Shown: piece after piece, positions 51,563 to 62,711 of the stretch
Numbering within the stretch: position 1 is the first letter of the stretch
Layout: each line of letters opens with the position of its first letter
Assembly: GCA_934255455.1 (NCBI GenBank)
Contig: CAKQNS010000005.1
Coordinates: 1,126 to 65,125 of the forward strand
Direction of reading: 5' to 3'
Length of the DNA stretch: 64,000 bases
From: an uncultured Alphaproteobacteria bacterium
Lineage (GTDB): Bacteria; Pseudomonadota; Alphaproteobacteria; Rs-D84
Translations under genes and position numbers: made by a program
Notes under the pieces: generated by a model
What the model was told of the DNA's origin: nothing
Databases searched by the model: none
What the model saw: only the letters and a program-made list of their open reading frames with translations

Positions 51563-54079
51563 TTATTCTGTATAACAGACATCTTGACTGTAATATCCAC
51601 CGATAGATTCGCACCGTTCTTGGTACCATGCATCGGTAAATGTACATGTCTTGGACACATTGTCAAATGTCGCAACGGTATTACCATCACTGTTATAACG
51701 CAGGCAACGAACCATTTCGGTATTTTCCAGGCATCGCCCCCATCCTTTCGCTTTTGCCTTGGTCGTCGCATCGGCATTATCAAATATCGTTTTATAGAAC
51801 GCATCCAATTCTGTGCCCCCCGTGACAGTTGGACCGACCCAATATCCGTTCAGTGTTTCGCACGCCTCGCCCAATTGTTCATTCATCTGTTCCTGTATAT
51901 CATTCATTATACGATATACCTGGGTGCGTGTCTGGGCCGGTAAATCATCAAATGCTGTGTTTGGATATTTTCCTGTATTCGGGTCTTTCTTATAGTCGCC
52001 ATTTGGATCCTTGCATGAATCAAATGCGTACTGTTTCACATTTGCATATAACGATGCTGACGTTTTTGCATCCATCGGGTCATTCTCGGTGCCTAATTGC
52101 TTTTTACGGCAAGACCACGGGTATTTGTCGCCATTGGTTGACGGTGTACACAATTCTTTCACATAATTCTCAACCGCGGTGGAGCATCCCTCGGCCACAC
52201 GGACATCGTCAACCGTGTCAACAAACGCCAGCAGGGCGGTCAGACCACAACGATTAGCATCGCCGGCTTTGCCTTGTGTTAACTTGCCATTACCATCAAA
52301 TTGGCACGCCGAGGTGTCGCCAAACAATGACGCACAGGCCATAACCTTGTCCTGGCACATCGATTTTGCCGCGTATGCCGCAACCGCGCCCGACGCCTGG
52401 GCCGTGTTGGTATCAAAGTTTTTCAGCGCGTCAGATTGTGTGTCATAGCATTCGGCCATTGTGCTGACACAGGACATTCTAACTTCTTCCACCTTTGCGG
52501 ATTGTGCCTGGGCAATTTCAATCAATGCACTGCGTTTGAATTCCTCCCATACGGTGGCGGAAATATCGCGGCACGAATCCAGCGCCGTGGTTGCGAACAT
52601 TTTGCGTGTTTCCAAAAATGCGTCAAAATCCTTGTTCTGATTCAACACATCGGCATCGGCGCCACCCAACGAAATTAAATCTTCCAACTTGAACAGGCGC
52701 GGGGAATAAATCGGATCACCAGTACTTTGGTCAATGTATGCACCGGTGTAATCCAAGCAACGTTTGTAATTCACACCGCACGCCGTATCCGCGGTAATTG
52801 CCGATTTAACCTTGGCAATACATTCATTTACATCGGCACTGTTGTGGGCACGATATTCCTCCAAACGGGCATCGCGTAAATATTTTTCGGCGGTGCGCAC
52901 GGTTGATTTAACACTTTCAACCTGGGCATCAAGTTTCTTTTCGTATGCATTGCAATCCTGGCTGATTAAAATGCTGTATGAACTTTTTGCCATAGTGGTA
53001 ACCGCGCTGTTTTCACATGAATCGCCAATCATTTGTAAACATTGTTTGTGCGATTGGTTGTACAGGTCAATCCCCTCAAGCGTGGACAGGTCAACCCCAT
53101 TATCGTTGCCGAATATTGATGACGTCCCCGATGATTCACCCCAAATATCGCCCAAATCGGTCGAGAAACTTAAATCCATAATGCCCAACGATGTGCCACT
53201 GGTTGAACTTTTAGAGGCCTTTTTCTTGCCAGACAGTAAATCCCCAATTTCCGACAGTATTGCCGCCGCACCACTGGTGTCGTTCTTGATGGCCTGTTCG
53301 CCAACTGTTGCAGTATACATGGCGTTAACCTCGGCTGCGGATTTATCAACCGCGTTCAGGTTATTATCCTCGAACTTGGTCAACAATTCTTTGGCCGCAG
53401 ATATTGCATCTTGGGTGTCACGAAAACCCGTATAGCGTTCGCTGCAATAGCAACGACGATATGTTTCGTTTGCCTTGGCACAAAATTGATCCATGCATGT
53501 GGCATACGCCTCGCGACAGGTGGCATACCCACCACCAATTTTAGAAACATCGTCAAACACGGCTGTTGCGCGCGCAACACCGGCGCGCGAACCCGCACGG
53601 GCAACATTCGTTGCACTGCGTGCCGATGATGCGGTACCAGTTGTTGTTGCCGAACGAACAACGCCCGAACGCACAACATTTGATGATGATGCCGCGCGGG
53701 AAACATTTGCCGCACTGTGCGACACATTATTTGCCGCCGCGCGTGATGAAACCGCCGACACAGACGAAACTATGTTGTTGCGGCGCACCGCGCTGCGCCC
53801 CGTGGTGGCGTTGGTATTTGCAACATTTACAATATTTGACGATGCCGTACGCGCCGTGGTTGTGGACGGACGGGCGGTTGCCGAACGCGACACGGTGCCG
53901 TTTGCACTGGCGGTCGTGCGCGCCGTCGCGGTGTGTTCACCACCGCGCGCCGATTGTGCAACAACATTGCCGCCACGCGGGTTAGGTGCCTGGACCGCAT
54001 ACAGGTTGGCACCACAAAATGTGGTTGCTGCAACCATCAAACATCTAACAAAACGAGAATTTTTCGCAGTCAATTTCAT
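51563..54079 (-). CDS. Large secreted cysteine-rich protein (838 aa; paralog family A)
   Basis: Signal peptide MKLTAKNSRFVRCLMVAATTFCGANLYA, then a long Ala/Ser/Thr/Arg/Asn low-complexity region. YATCREAYATCMDQFCAKAN is the same motif as in the 13234..14478 protein. About 40 Cys follow in spaced pairs. Confidence 0.7.
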   Translation of the reverse strand: MKLTAKNSRFVRCLMVAATTFCGANLYAVQAPNPRGGNVVAQSARGGEHTATARTTASANGTVSRSATARPSTTTARTASSNIVNVANTNATTGRSAVRRNNIVSSVSAVSSRAAANNVSHSAANVSRAASSSNVVRSGVVRSATTTGTASSARSATNVARAGSRAGVARATAVFDDVSKIGGGYATCREAYATCMDQFCAKANETYRRCYCSERYTGFRDTQDAISAAKELLTKFEDNNLNAVDKSAAEVNAMYTATVGEQAIKNDTSGAAAILSEIGDLLSGKKKASKSSTSGTSLGIMDLSFSTDLGDIWGESSGTSSIFGNDNGVDLSTLEGIDLYNQSHKQCLQMIGDSCENSAVTTMAKSSYSILISQDCNAYEKKLDAQVESVKSTVRTAEKYLRDARLEEYRAHNSADVNECIAKVKSAITADTACGVNYKRCLDYTGAYIDQSTGDPIYSPRLFKLEDLISLGGADADVLNQNKDFDAFLETRKMFATTALDSCRDISATVWEEFKRSALIEIAQAQSAKVEEVRMSCVSTMAECYDTQSDALKNFDTNTAQASGAVAAYAAKSMCQDKVMACASLFGDTSACQFDGNGKLTQGKAGDANRCGLTALLAFVDTVDDVRVAEGCSTAVENYVKELCTPSTNGDKYPWSCRKKQLGTENDPMDAKTSASLYANVKQYAFDSCKDPNGDYKKDPNTGKYPNTAFDDLPAQTRTQVYRIMNDIQEQMNEQLGEACETLNGYWVGPTVTGGTELDAFYKTIFDNADATTKAKAKGWGRCLENTEMVRCLRYNSDGNTVATFDNVSKTCTFTDAWYQERCESIGGYYSQDVCYTE

Positions 54080-54132
54080 CTCTCTTTTGTTGCATTATAC
54101 CATTTTTTGACAATGTGAATCAATACAGAAAT

Positions 54133-54741
54133 TTATTCAATACAACAATTTACTGCATTTTTTACCCAATCGCCCAGTTTGCGAACCGTGGATTTAGATT
54201 CACGAACATCGGCCGATGCGACTTTTTCGACCTTTTTATCGGATTTTGTGTTCAATTTGCATTCGTTGATTGCGTGGTCGTATACATCGGGGGCAACCTG
54301 TTTTACGCCGGTCAGATCAATCAAATTCATATTGATACCCCAGAACAATGAATACAAATCATACGCCTTGTCAAACAATTCGTATGCCGTTTTCTTGTTG
54401 CCAGCGCCCAGGGCCTTGGTGCCGACCTCCATTATACGCATAGATGCCGCCAACAGGTGTTTCGATATGCACCATACCTCGCCATCTTCGGCCGACGACG
54501 GTCTTACAATGCGTTGCATCAATTCCTTGCGCATTTCGCGGACAGTGTTGATTAAATCATAAAAACCGGTCTTGTGCGTTTTTGCGCCACTGAAAAAGAA
54601 ATGCTCTTCCAATGAAATCAAATTCATCAGTGCAATTGACAAATCTTGGTCGGACGACAAATCCAACGGATTTACCTTTTTAGACTGGTCAAGTTTCTGG
54701 ACCATTTCGTCCAAAGTCATTTTTTTGCTGTCGCGTTTCAT
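54133..54741 (-). CDS. Hypothetical protein
   Basis: 202-aa hydrophilic ORF; no recognised motifs. Confidence 0.4.
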   Translation of the reverse strand: MKRDSKKMTLDEMVQKLDQSKKVNPLDLSSDQDLSIALMNLISLEEHFFFSGAKTHKTGFYDLINTVREMRKELMQRIVRPSSAEDGEVWCISKHLLAASMRIMEVGTKALGAGNKKTAYELFDKAYDLYSLFWGINMNLIDLTGVKQVAPDVYDHAINECKLNTKSDKKVEKVASADVRESKSTVRKLGDWVKNAVNCCIE

Positions 54742-54753
54742 ATTTATTCTCCT

Positions 54754-55251
54754 TTACATACATACCGTCATTGCCCAACTGGCCAGCCCCAGTGCAACCA
54801 GTGGCAAAACAACCTTTTCAAATGGGAAATGGGCATGACCGCCATTGCGTGCCTTCATCCAATCGTATAATTTTTCCACCACAATGAACAGCACCGCACC
54901 ACATATCGTGCCGAACAAAACAGGATCCATCGCAAATGCCCCGCAAATCAACTGGGGATTATATTTGACGCGCCCCATATAGACAAAACCAATCATCGCA
55001 ACCGATAAAATTATCAGCATTGGATTACGACCACGCCAATTCCAGCCACGTTTGTCACAGAATTTAATTGCCCAATATCCCAATAATGCCAACAGCGCAC
55101 CCGCCCACAGGCCAACCACGCTGTCTGGCACACCAATCTGGCGCGCAATTTCCAGGGATGCACCAATTGCAATTGTGCAAACAGGACACGCCGGGTTTGC
55201 CAATGCGGCCCCAGGCAACATTACCGACAATAAAACAAGTAATTTTTTCAT
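54754..55251 (-). CDS. Hypothetical membrane protein (signal peptide, CPVC motif, three further TM segments)
   Basis: MKKLLVLLSVMLPGAALANPACPVC..., then hydrophobic helices. Confidence 0.5.
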   Translation of the reverse strand: MKKLLVLLSVMLPGAALANPACPVCTIAIGASLEIARQIGVPDSVVGLWAGALLALLGYWAIKFCDKRGWNWRGRNPMLIILSVAMIGFVYMGRVKYNPQLICGAFAMDPVLFGTICGAVLFIVVEKLYDWMKARNGGHAHFPFEKVVLPLVALGLASWAMTVCM

Positions 55252-55299
55252 AATATAACCTTCCTTTCTGGTAATTTTACACAAAATGCCATATACGGG

Positions 55300-56157
55300 T
55301 CAACATGATTTTACGACCGCACGTAAATGCGCACTGCGTGCACGCGGATTGTTTTCCAATTCGGCAACATCTGGTGTTTTGGTTGCCAACATTTCAAAAT
55401 CGGCCGTGGCAACCGTTGGTATACGCGGGTCACCGGGCACGGTTGTCCATGCGCGAAATGTGTTTTTGACTATTCTGTCTTCCAGCGAATGAAATGTAAC
55501 ACAAACGCATTTGCCGTGGGGTTTCAACAATCCCGGCACCGCGCGCAACGCACGTTCCAATTCGCCCATTTCATCGTTCACCGCGATGCGCAGCGCCTGG
55601 AACACCGGGGCAATATCGCGCGGATTATGAATCAAATCGCGCAATGCAAATGTTGTTTTGGGCGCCGCGCGTTTAATTGCATTGGCAATAATCGCCGCCC
55701 GGGGCACATCGCCATATTCACGCAATATGTGTGCCAAATCGGCGGCAGATAATTCATCAATTAAATCGGCCGCGGTTTTCCCATTTTCCGACATACGCAT
55801 ATCCAATGACGCATCCGCCCGAAATGAAAATCCGCGTGATGCAATATCAATCTGCATGGATGATATGCCCAAATCAAACACAATTGCATCAAATTTATCA
55901 GACAGTTCAGCCATTGCGGAAAATGGTTGCGGAATAAAAGTAAAACGGTTGCCGAACTCGCCGCGCATGGCGGTTGCATCCGCCACGACATTTGGGTCGC
56001 GGTCAAACGCCGTGACAATGGCGCCCGCGTTCAAAAAGGCGCGCGAATAACCACCCGCCCCAAATGTTGCATCAATAATGCGCATTCCACGAATATCGCC
56101 TAATGTTTCCATTACGGCACCCAATAATACCGGAACATGTTTGGTTTCAGTTGTCAT
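55300..56157 (-). CDS. rsmH: 16S rRNA (cytosine1402-N4)-methyltransferase RsmH (MraW)
   Basis: HVPVLLGAVMETL, DATFGAGGYS, FHSLEDRIVK motifs. Confidence 0.85.
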   Translation of the reverse strand: MTTETKHVPVLLGAVMETLGDIRGMRIIDATFGAGGYSRAFLNAGAIVTAFDRDPNVVADATAMRGEFGNRFTFIPQPFSAMAELSDKFDAIVFDLGISSMQIDIASRGFSFRADASLDMRMSENGKTAADLIDELSAADLAHILREYGDVPRAAIIANAIKRAAPKTTFALRDLIHNPRDIAPVFQALRIAVNDEMGELERALRAVPGLLKPHGKCVCVTFHSLEDRIVKNTFRAWTTVPGDPRIPTVATADFEMLATKTPDVAELENNPRARSAHLRAVVKSC

Positions 56158-59100
56158 TCTATTTCCACCTTTATCCCCAGGGCAATTAAATCCTTGGCCG
56201 TGGTGGCACCCAATTCAACCCCGGTTGGCAATGCAATAGATGCCGTTTTGTCCGCCCCGTGTAAAATCAGCACCACACGGGTCCCACCATGCGGCAACGA
56301 CCCCAGCGCTTTTTTTACACTGGGCAATACATCTTTGGTATATATATCCAGGGTTAATTTGCGTGCAACCTTGGCCACCCATTGGGTCAGCGGAATGATT
56401 GAATCAACAAATATGGACACACGGTCGTCGCGCGCCGATGTTTTCCCAGAAATCAGCACTACATTTTCGCCCGCCAGCATTTGACCAAATATTGCCGCCG
56501 ATTCCCCAAACGCCACCGCATCAATATTACCAAAACTGTCTGAGGCATTTATGGTTATCATATCTTTGCCGGTTTTGGTGCGACGACGCGAGAAAGAATT
56601 TACATTTGCTGCAATCTGTACCGGTTTGCGGTCGCCCAAGTCAATCAGTGTGGCGCTGGTGGCCAATTTGGCACGTTGAATTAAATGTTTATATTGGTCT
56701 AACGGATGTGCCGATATATAGAATCCCAACGCCATCAATTCGTTTTCCAAACGCTGGCCAAATGTCCAGGGCGCGGTCCGCGGCAGATTTTTCAACAACC
56801 GATCATCGGCCACATCATCTTCTATTGTATTTGCAAACAGCGACAATGAATTCGCACCGTCTTTGGATTTAGATGCATATAACAAAATTGCATCGGCATT
56901 CATAAATATCGCCGCACGATTTGGACACAACGAATCCAGAACACCAACGCGGGCGAATGCCTCGAGTATTCGTTTATTCATAATCGGTGCACATCGTTTT
57001 GCAAAATCGGTCAAGTTTTTGAATTTGCCATGTGCGTTGCGTTCCGCCACAATCGCATCAGTTGCCGCCGTGCCAACACCCTTTATCGCGGCCAATGCAT
57101 ATATGATTTTCCCATCACGCACCGTGAATAATGATTCACTGGCATTGATGTCCGGTGGCACAATTGTAATGTTAAAATTGGCCTTGGCATCATCAACGAA
57201 CAGCGCCAATTGGTCGGTGTCGTTCAGGTTGCTGGACATAGATGCCGCCAAAAATTCCGGTGTAAAATTCGCCTTCAAATACGCGCATTGGTTTGCAACG
57301 ATGGAATATGCAATCGCGTGCGATTTGTTAAATGCGTATTTTGCAAATTCTTTGAACTTTTCCCACAGATCTTTGGCTTGTTCGCGATTCAGGGTGTTTT
57401 CTTTCTCGCAGCCATCCAAGAATTGAATTTCCAGTTGCGCCAACAGTTCCAGTTTCTTTTTACCCATGGCTTTACGCACGGTGTCCGATTGCCCGCGGGT
57501 AAATCCGGCCAATGCGCGCGTCAGCATCATCACCTGTTCCTGGTACACGATAATGCCGTATGTTTCCTTTAATATAGGCTCGGCCTTGGGGTGAACATAT
57601 TCAATTTTTTCCTCGCCATGCATACGGGCAATAAATTGTGGAATAAATGCAATTGGGCCCGGGCGGTTCAGTGCATTTAACGCCGAAATTTCCAAGAAAC
57701 TGGTCGGGCGCATTTTGCGCAATGTTTGCTGTACAAACGGGGCATCGAACTGGAATATGCCTTCGGTCAAGCCGCGTTGCCATAAATCCATTGTTTTTGC
57801 ATCATCAACCGGTATTTTATCCAAATCTATGTTGATGCCGCGGGTTTGCTGAATTAAACGCACCGCGTATTTCAACACAACCAGCGTTTCCAAACCCAAA
57901 AAGTCAAATTTAATCAACCCCGCCGATTCCAAATAATGTCCATCAAATTGGCACGATGGCAGCGGGTTGGCTGGGTCACGGTAAACCGGTGCAATCTTGG
58001 TCGTTGGGCGGTCGCCGATAACAACGCCGCACGCGTGCTGGCCCAGGTTGCGGATAGAGCCCTCTAATTCCTCGGCAATGGATACGACCTTGTTCATATC
58101 ATTGTCTGTTTGTAATATATATTGCATTTCAGATGATGCATCCACTGCGTCTTTTAACTTCTTGGCGTCCTGGGGAATCAATTTAGATAACCGATCTGAT
58201 TTTGAATAGGGAATACCATACACGCGCCCAATATCGCGAATTGCGCCACGGGCCTGCAGGCTGCCAAATGTAATAATGCGGCACACAGAATCATGGCCAT
58301 ATTTATCGCAAATATACGCCAACACTCGTTCAATCCCAGTCGGTTCAAAATCGACATCGAAATCTGGCATGGAAATACGATCTGGGTTCAAGAAACGTTC
58401 AAACAGCAATCCGTACTTTAACGGGTTTACATGCGTAATGCCCAATGCCCACGCCACAATAGAACCCGCACCCGAACCACGACCGGGCCCCGTCAAAACA
58501 TCGTTTTTACGGCACCAATCAATATAGTCCGCAACAATCAGGAAATATCCCGGGAATCCCATATTTATAATAACGCCCAATTCAAATTCGGCCTGGTCAA
58601 AATAGGGTTGGGTGTCGGTAATACCTTGTTCTTGCATGCGTGCTGTCAACCCCGACATAGTATGGTCGCGCAACATTTGACATTCGTTTTCTAAATCGTC
58701 ACCGAACCGGGGCAACAATGGCTTTTCATGAACATTCACCATAAATCCGCAACGCCGCGCAATTTCGACAGTGTTTTCGTATGCCTCGGGCAAATCGGAA
58801 AATAATTCCAACATTTCTTCGGGCGATTTGAAATATTGCTCGGACGATTTGCGGGGGCGGTCGGGGTCAATAACCTTGGTCTGGCCCAAAACGCAGGACA
58901 GGGCATCTTCGGCCTCGTAATCCGATGAGGACGCAAACATAACATCATTGGTTGCAACAATTGGAATGTTTAACTCACGCGCCAGTTTCAAAAATCCAGG
59001 CTCTGTTTTTATTTCATCCACCAATCCGTGACGTTGAATTTCCATATAAAATCGGTCGCCAAATATTGAAACAAATTGTTCGGCATATATCCGCGCCTGG

Positions 59101-59564
59101 GCATCTTGGGCATTTAATAATGCCATACCAATTGGGCCGGTGTGCGCGCCCGACAAACAGATAACCCCCGTCGCGTGTGATGCCAATTCATCAAATGTGA
59201 TATATGGCCCCAAATGATGATTTTCCGTGCGCATGTACATAATACGACTGAGTTCACACAGGTTCAAATACCCGGTATGATTTTGTGCCAACAATTCAAT
59301 TTTTGACAACGACGACGCACGTAGTATTTTTGGGTCGATATTGTGATGATTTAATGATATTTCAACACCGATTATAGGCTGTAATTTTTTTGATGGCATA
59401 ACATCAGAAAACTCGGCACAGCCAGACATCAAATTCGTATCTGTCAACGCACACGCAGACATTCCGGCGGCCGCACACAATTTGGGTAATTCTTTGACCT
59501 GGATTGTGCCAACCCCCATGGACAGACGCGTATGTGTACGAAGATGAACGAATTGATTTTCCAT
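56154..59564 (-). CDS. dnaE: DNA polymerase III alpha subunit
   Basis: PHP domain FVHLRTHTRLSMGVG, polymerase core (GRGSGAGSIVAWALGIT, PDFDVDF), OB domain. Start taken at MENQF, with ATG at 59564. Confidence 0.95.
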   Translation of the reverse strand: MENQFVHLRTHTRLSMGVGTIQVKELPKLCAAAGMSACALTDTNLMSGCAEFSDVMPSKKLQPIIGVEISLNHHNIDPKILRASSLSKIELLAQNHTGYLNLCELSRIMYMRTENHHLGPYITFDELASHATGVICLSGAHTGPIGMALLNAQDAQARIYAEQFVSIFGDRFYMEIQRHGLVDEIKTEPGFLKLARELNIPIVATNDVMFASSSDYEAEDALSCVLGQTKVIDPDRPRKSSEQYFKSPEEMLELFSDLPEAYENTVEIARRCGFMVNVHEKPLLPRFGDDLENECQMLRDHTMSGLTARMQEQGITDTQPYFDQAEFELGVIINMGFPGYFLIVADYIDWCRKNDVLTGPGRGSGAGSIVAWALGITHVNPLKYGLLFERFLNPDRISMPDFDVDFEPTGIERVLAYICDKYGHDSVCRIITFGSLQARGAIRDIGRVYGIPYSKSDRLSKLIPQDAKKLKDAVDASSEMQYILQTDNDMNKVVSIAEELEGSIRNLGQHACGVVIGDRPTTKIAPVYRDPANPLPSCQFDGHYLESAGLIKFDFLGLETLVVLKYAVRLIQQTRGINIDLDKIPVDDAKTMDLWQRGLTEGIFQFDAPFVQQTLRKMRPTSFLEISALNALNRPGPIAFIPQFIARMHGEEKIEYVHPKAEPILKETYGIIVYQEQVMMLTRALAGFTRGQSDTVRKAMGKKKLELLAQLEIQFLDGCEKENTLNREQAKDLWEKFKEFAKYAFNKSHAIAYSIVANQCAYLKANFTPEFLAASMSSNLNDTDQLALFVDDAKANFNITIVPPDINASESLFTVRDGKIIYALAAIKGVGTAATDAIVAERNAHGKFKNLTDFAKRCAPIMNKRILEAFARVGVLDSLCPNRAAIFMNADAILLYASKSKDGANSLSLFANTIEDDVADDRLLKNLPRTAPWTFGQRLENELMALGFYISAHPLDQYKHLIQRAKLATSATLIDLGDRKPVQIAANVNSFSRRRTKTGKDMITINASDSFGNIDAVAFGESAAIFGQMLAGENVVLISGKTSARDDRVSIFVDSIIPLTQWVAKVARKLTLDIYTKDVLPSVKKALGSLPHGGTRVVLILHGADKTASIALPTGVELGATTAKDLIALGIKVEIE

Positions 59565-59677
59565 GCCGCCACAATAGCAAATTTTGTCCCCCAATCGCAA
59601 CCAGATATTTACCAAAATGCAGATTTTTCTGTTGACACGGAATCAACTTTGAAAAACGGGGCGTTTGCCCCGTCTTT

Positions 59678-62293
59678 CTAGTGCAGTTTTCCACAGCAAT
59701 GTTTGTATTTTAATCCCGAACCACACGGGCATGGCGCATTACGACGCGCCTCCATCCCCGATGCCTGGTTCAACGCCGCATCGTGTTGCGCGCGTTGCTG
59801 TTCGGTGGCATCAACATCCGCACGTGTCAATTCCATGCGCGAAATGTACGACACAGACATAATTTTGAAATTATTTATGGTGTTCTTGAACAATTCCAAT
59901 GCCTCGCGTTTATATTCATACAGCGGGTTTTTCTGGGCATATCCACGCAAACCAATTGCCGTTTGCAAATAATCCATCTGTTGCAGATGGCGTTTCCAAA
60001 CCGCATCCAACGCCCCCAGCATCATTTGGCGCGACGCCATTTGCATCATTTCGGGGCCATATTTTTCGGTCTGTTGCGCATAACGACGCATGGCCAGATT
60101 CTGTAAAATCTCGTACGCTTTGCGTTCGGTGATTTCTTCGTCTGTTTTCCATTTTTCAATGTCGGTAATATCCAATGCAAACACACGAACCATGGCATCG
60201 TGAATACCGTTTGTATTCCAATCCATTGGGTGCGATTTTTCTGGAATATTATTTTCACAAATAATTTCCACCACATCGCCAATCATTTCACGTGCCAGTG
60301 GCGCCAAATCGTCGCTGGTCATCAAATCGTCGCGCTGTTTATACACAACACCGCGCTGTTCATTCATAACATTGTCGTATTTCAACAATTCTTTGCGCGC
60401 TTCAAAATAACGGGCCTCGACACGTTTCTGGGCCTTTTCCAACGCCTTGGTTATCCATGGGTGAGTAATGGCCTCGCCCGGTTTCAAACCCAAAGTGGTC
60501 AACATACCATTCAAACGCGCCGCACCAAATATGCGCATTAAATCGTCGTCCAATGCCAAAAAGAATTTAGAATCACCTGGGTCACCCTGGCGGCCGCTGC
60601 GCCCACGCAACTGGTTATCAATACGGCGGGATTCATGGCGTTCGGTGCCAATCACATACAAACCGCCCGCGTCCAAAACGATTTTCTTGTTTTGTTCAAT
60701 ACGGTCGTATATTTCTTTCTTTTTGTCTTCGTAATCTGGGGCATCTGCATCCAGTTCAGCAATTAAATCTTCGGCATTACCACCCAATTTAATATCGGTC
60801 CCACGCCCAGCCATATTTGTCGCAATGGTGACCGCACCCGGCGCCCCCGCCTGGGATACAATCTTGGCCTCGGATTCATGATGTTTTGCGTTCAAAACCG
60901 CGGGATTGATATGCAATTTCTTGCGCACAATTGCCGCCAATTCTTCGGATTTTTCAATCGACACGGTGCCAACCAAAACAGGTTGCTTTCTGTCCATGCA
61001 TTCTTGAATTTGTTTAATAATCGCATCGTATTTTTCTTCTTTGTTGCGATAAATTTCGTCATGGTGGTCAACACGCGCCACCGGGCGATTGGTCGGAATC
61101 GACACCACGCGCAGTTTGTAAATTTCTTCAAACTCGGCGGCCTCGGTCATGGCGGTACCCGTCATACCAGACAATGTGTCATACAAACGGAATAAATTCT
61201 GGTATGAAATACTGGATACGGTTTGATTTTCTGGTTGAACCTTTACATGTTCTTTGGCCTCTATCGCCTGGTGCAGCCCCTTGCCAAAACGGCGGCCGGT
61301 CATAACACGTCCGGTAAATTCATCGACAATCAGAATTTCCCCATCGCGCACAACATAGTTCACATTTTTCTGGTACAGATGATGCGCCAACAACGATTGT
61401 TGAATATGCATAACCAACGCCGCATTTTCAGACGCATATAAATTGTCGCCCACCAATAAACCCGCATCTTTTAACAACCGTGTAATTGTATCAACCCCGG
61501 TTTCGGTCAATGTGACATGACGGTCTTTTTCGTCCTTTTTATAATCGGTTGGTGCCAATTGTGCAACCACTGTATCAACCTGGACGTACAGTTCGCTGGT
61601 ATCTTCGGCCGGTCCCGAAATAATCAACGGGGTGCGGGCCTCGTCAATTAAAATGCTGTCAACTTCGTCGACAATGGCAAAATACAATGGGCGCAAAACC
61701 TGTTGACCTTTGGAAAATTTCATATTATCGCGCAGATAGTCAAACCCCAATTCGGAATTGGTCACGTATGTAATATCACACGCGTATGCCGCACGGCGTT
61801 CGTCGTCGGTCATGTCGTGTTGAATCGTGCCGATGGTCAATCCCAAGAAACGATAAACCTGGCCCATCCATGCGGCGTCACGCGATGCCAAATAATCGTT
61901 CACCGTAATCAGATGCGCACCGCGACCGTGCAAAGCCTTTAAGAATAATGCCAATGTGGCAACCAATGTTTTACCTTCACCGGTTTTCATTTCGGCAATT
62001 TGACCGCCGGTCAAAACCATACCACCAATCATCTGAACATTAAAATGGCGCAATCCAATCGTACGAACAGACGCCTCGCGCACCAGGGCAAACGCATCGG
62101 GCAAAATGTTTTTTTCTTTTTCACCGGCCTGCAACCGCGCGCGCAGATTTTGTGTTTGTTCGCGCAGTTGATCATCGGTCATTGCATGGTATTTTGGTTC
62201 CAAATCGTTTATCAGCGACACCGTTTTATCATAAGATTTTACCAACCGGTCATTCGCCGACCCCAGAACTTTTGTAATAATATTCTTTAACAT
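59678..62293 (-). CDS. secA: Preprotein translocase ATPase SecA
   Basis: MLKNIITKVLGSANDRLVK, DEAD-like motor motifs, C-terminal zinc finger CPCGSGLKYKHCCG. Confidence 0.95.
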   Translation of the reverse strand: MLKNIITKVLGSANDRLVKSYDKTVSLINDLEPKYHAMTDDQLREQTQNLRARLQAGEKEKNILPDAFALVREASVRTIGLRHFNVQMIGGMVLTGGQIAEMKTGEGKTLVATLALFLKALHGRGAHLITVNDYLASRDAAWMGQVYRFLGLTIGTIQHDMTDDERRAAYACDITYVTNSELGFDYLRDNMKFSKGQQVLRPLYFAIVDEVDSILIDEARTPLIISGPAEDTSELYVQVDTVVAQLAPTDYKKDEKDRHVTLTETGVDTITRLLKDAGLLVGDNLYASENAALVMHIQQSLLAHHLYQKNVNYVVRDGEILIVDEFTGRVMTGRRFGKGLHQAIEAKEHVKVQPENQTVSSISYQNLFRLYDTLSGMTGTAMTEAAEFEEIYKLRVVSIPTNRPVARVDHHDEIYRNKEEKYDAIIKQIQECMDRKQPVLVGTVSIEKSEELAAIVRKKLHINPAVLNAKHHESEAKIVSQAGAPGAVTIATNMAGRGTDIKLGGNAEDLIAELDADAPDYEDKKKEIYDRIEQNKKIVLDAGGLYVIGTERHESRRIDNQLRGRSGRQGDPGDSKFFLALDDDLMRIFGAARLNGMLTTLGLKPGEAITHPWITKALEKAQKRVEARYFEARKELLKYDNVMNEQRGVVYKQRDDLMTSDDLAPLAREMIGDVVEIICENNIPEKSHPMDWNTNGIHDAMVRVFALDITDIEKWKTDEEITERKAYEILQNLAMRRYAQQTEKYGPEMMQMASRQMMLGALDAVWKRHLQQMDYLQTAIGLRGYAQKNPLYEYKREALELFKNTINNFKIMSVSYISRMELTRADVDATEQQRAQHDAALNQASGMEARRNAPCPCGSGLKYKHCCGKLH

Positions 62294-62443
62294 AACTTTT
62301 CCTTGTCTTTTTCCCCAGATTTATAGCAATTTTGCACCTTGCGGTCAAGATACTTTATGATATAATGCAAATACATAAACAAACAAGTGGCAATGGTAAT
62401 TTTTTCCTGATATTCGCCACACAGCAGGGGGGATTTATTATTA

Positions 62444-62655
62444 TGCGTGAACCAATTCAACAACTGAACACATCAAATATCACCAGCGAGGTATTCGTTA
62501 TCGCACCGACACAATTGGACTTTATTGCACAAATTTTTGCTGACAATGTTGCCGATGCCATGAATCTGCGCACATTTGCACCAAAAATTCGACAGATAGC
62601 AACCCAATCATTACGCACGGCATTGTCGGCCGCGCGTCACGCCGGGGAAAGATAA
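62444..62655 (+). CDS. Small hypothetical protein (70 aa)
   Basis: ORF from MREPIQQLN, preceded by aggggggatt (SD-like). Low confidence. Confidence 0.25.
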
Positions 62656-62711
62656 CCTGTTTTTATTTCTAAAAACAAAGTGCGCCATTCGGCGCACTTT
62701 TTACATTCATA

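Noticed and set aside
53493-54110. 205-aa Ala/Arg-rich plus-strand ORF
   Set aside because: It is antisense to the N-terminal low-complexity region of the 838-aa secreted protein gene, a compositional artefact.
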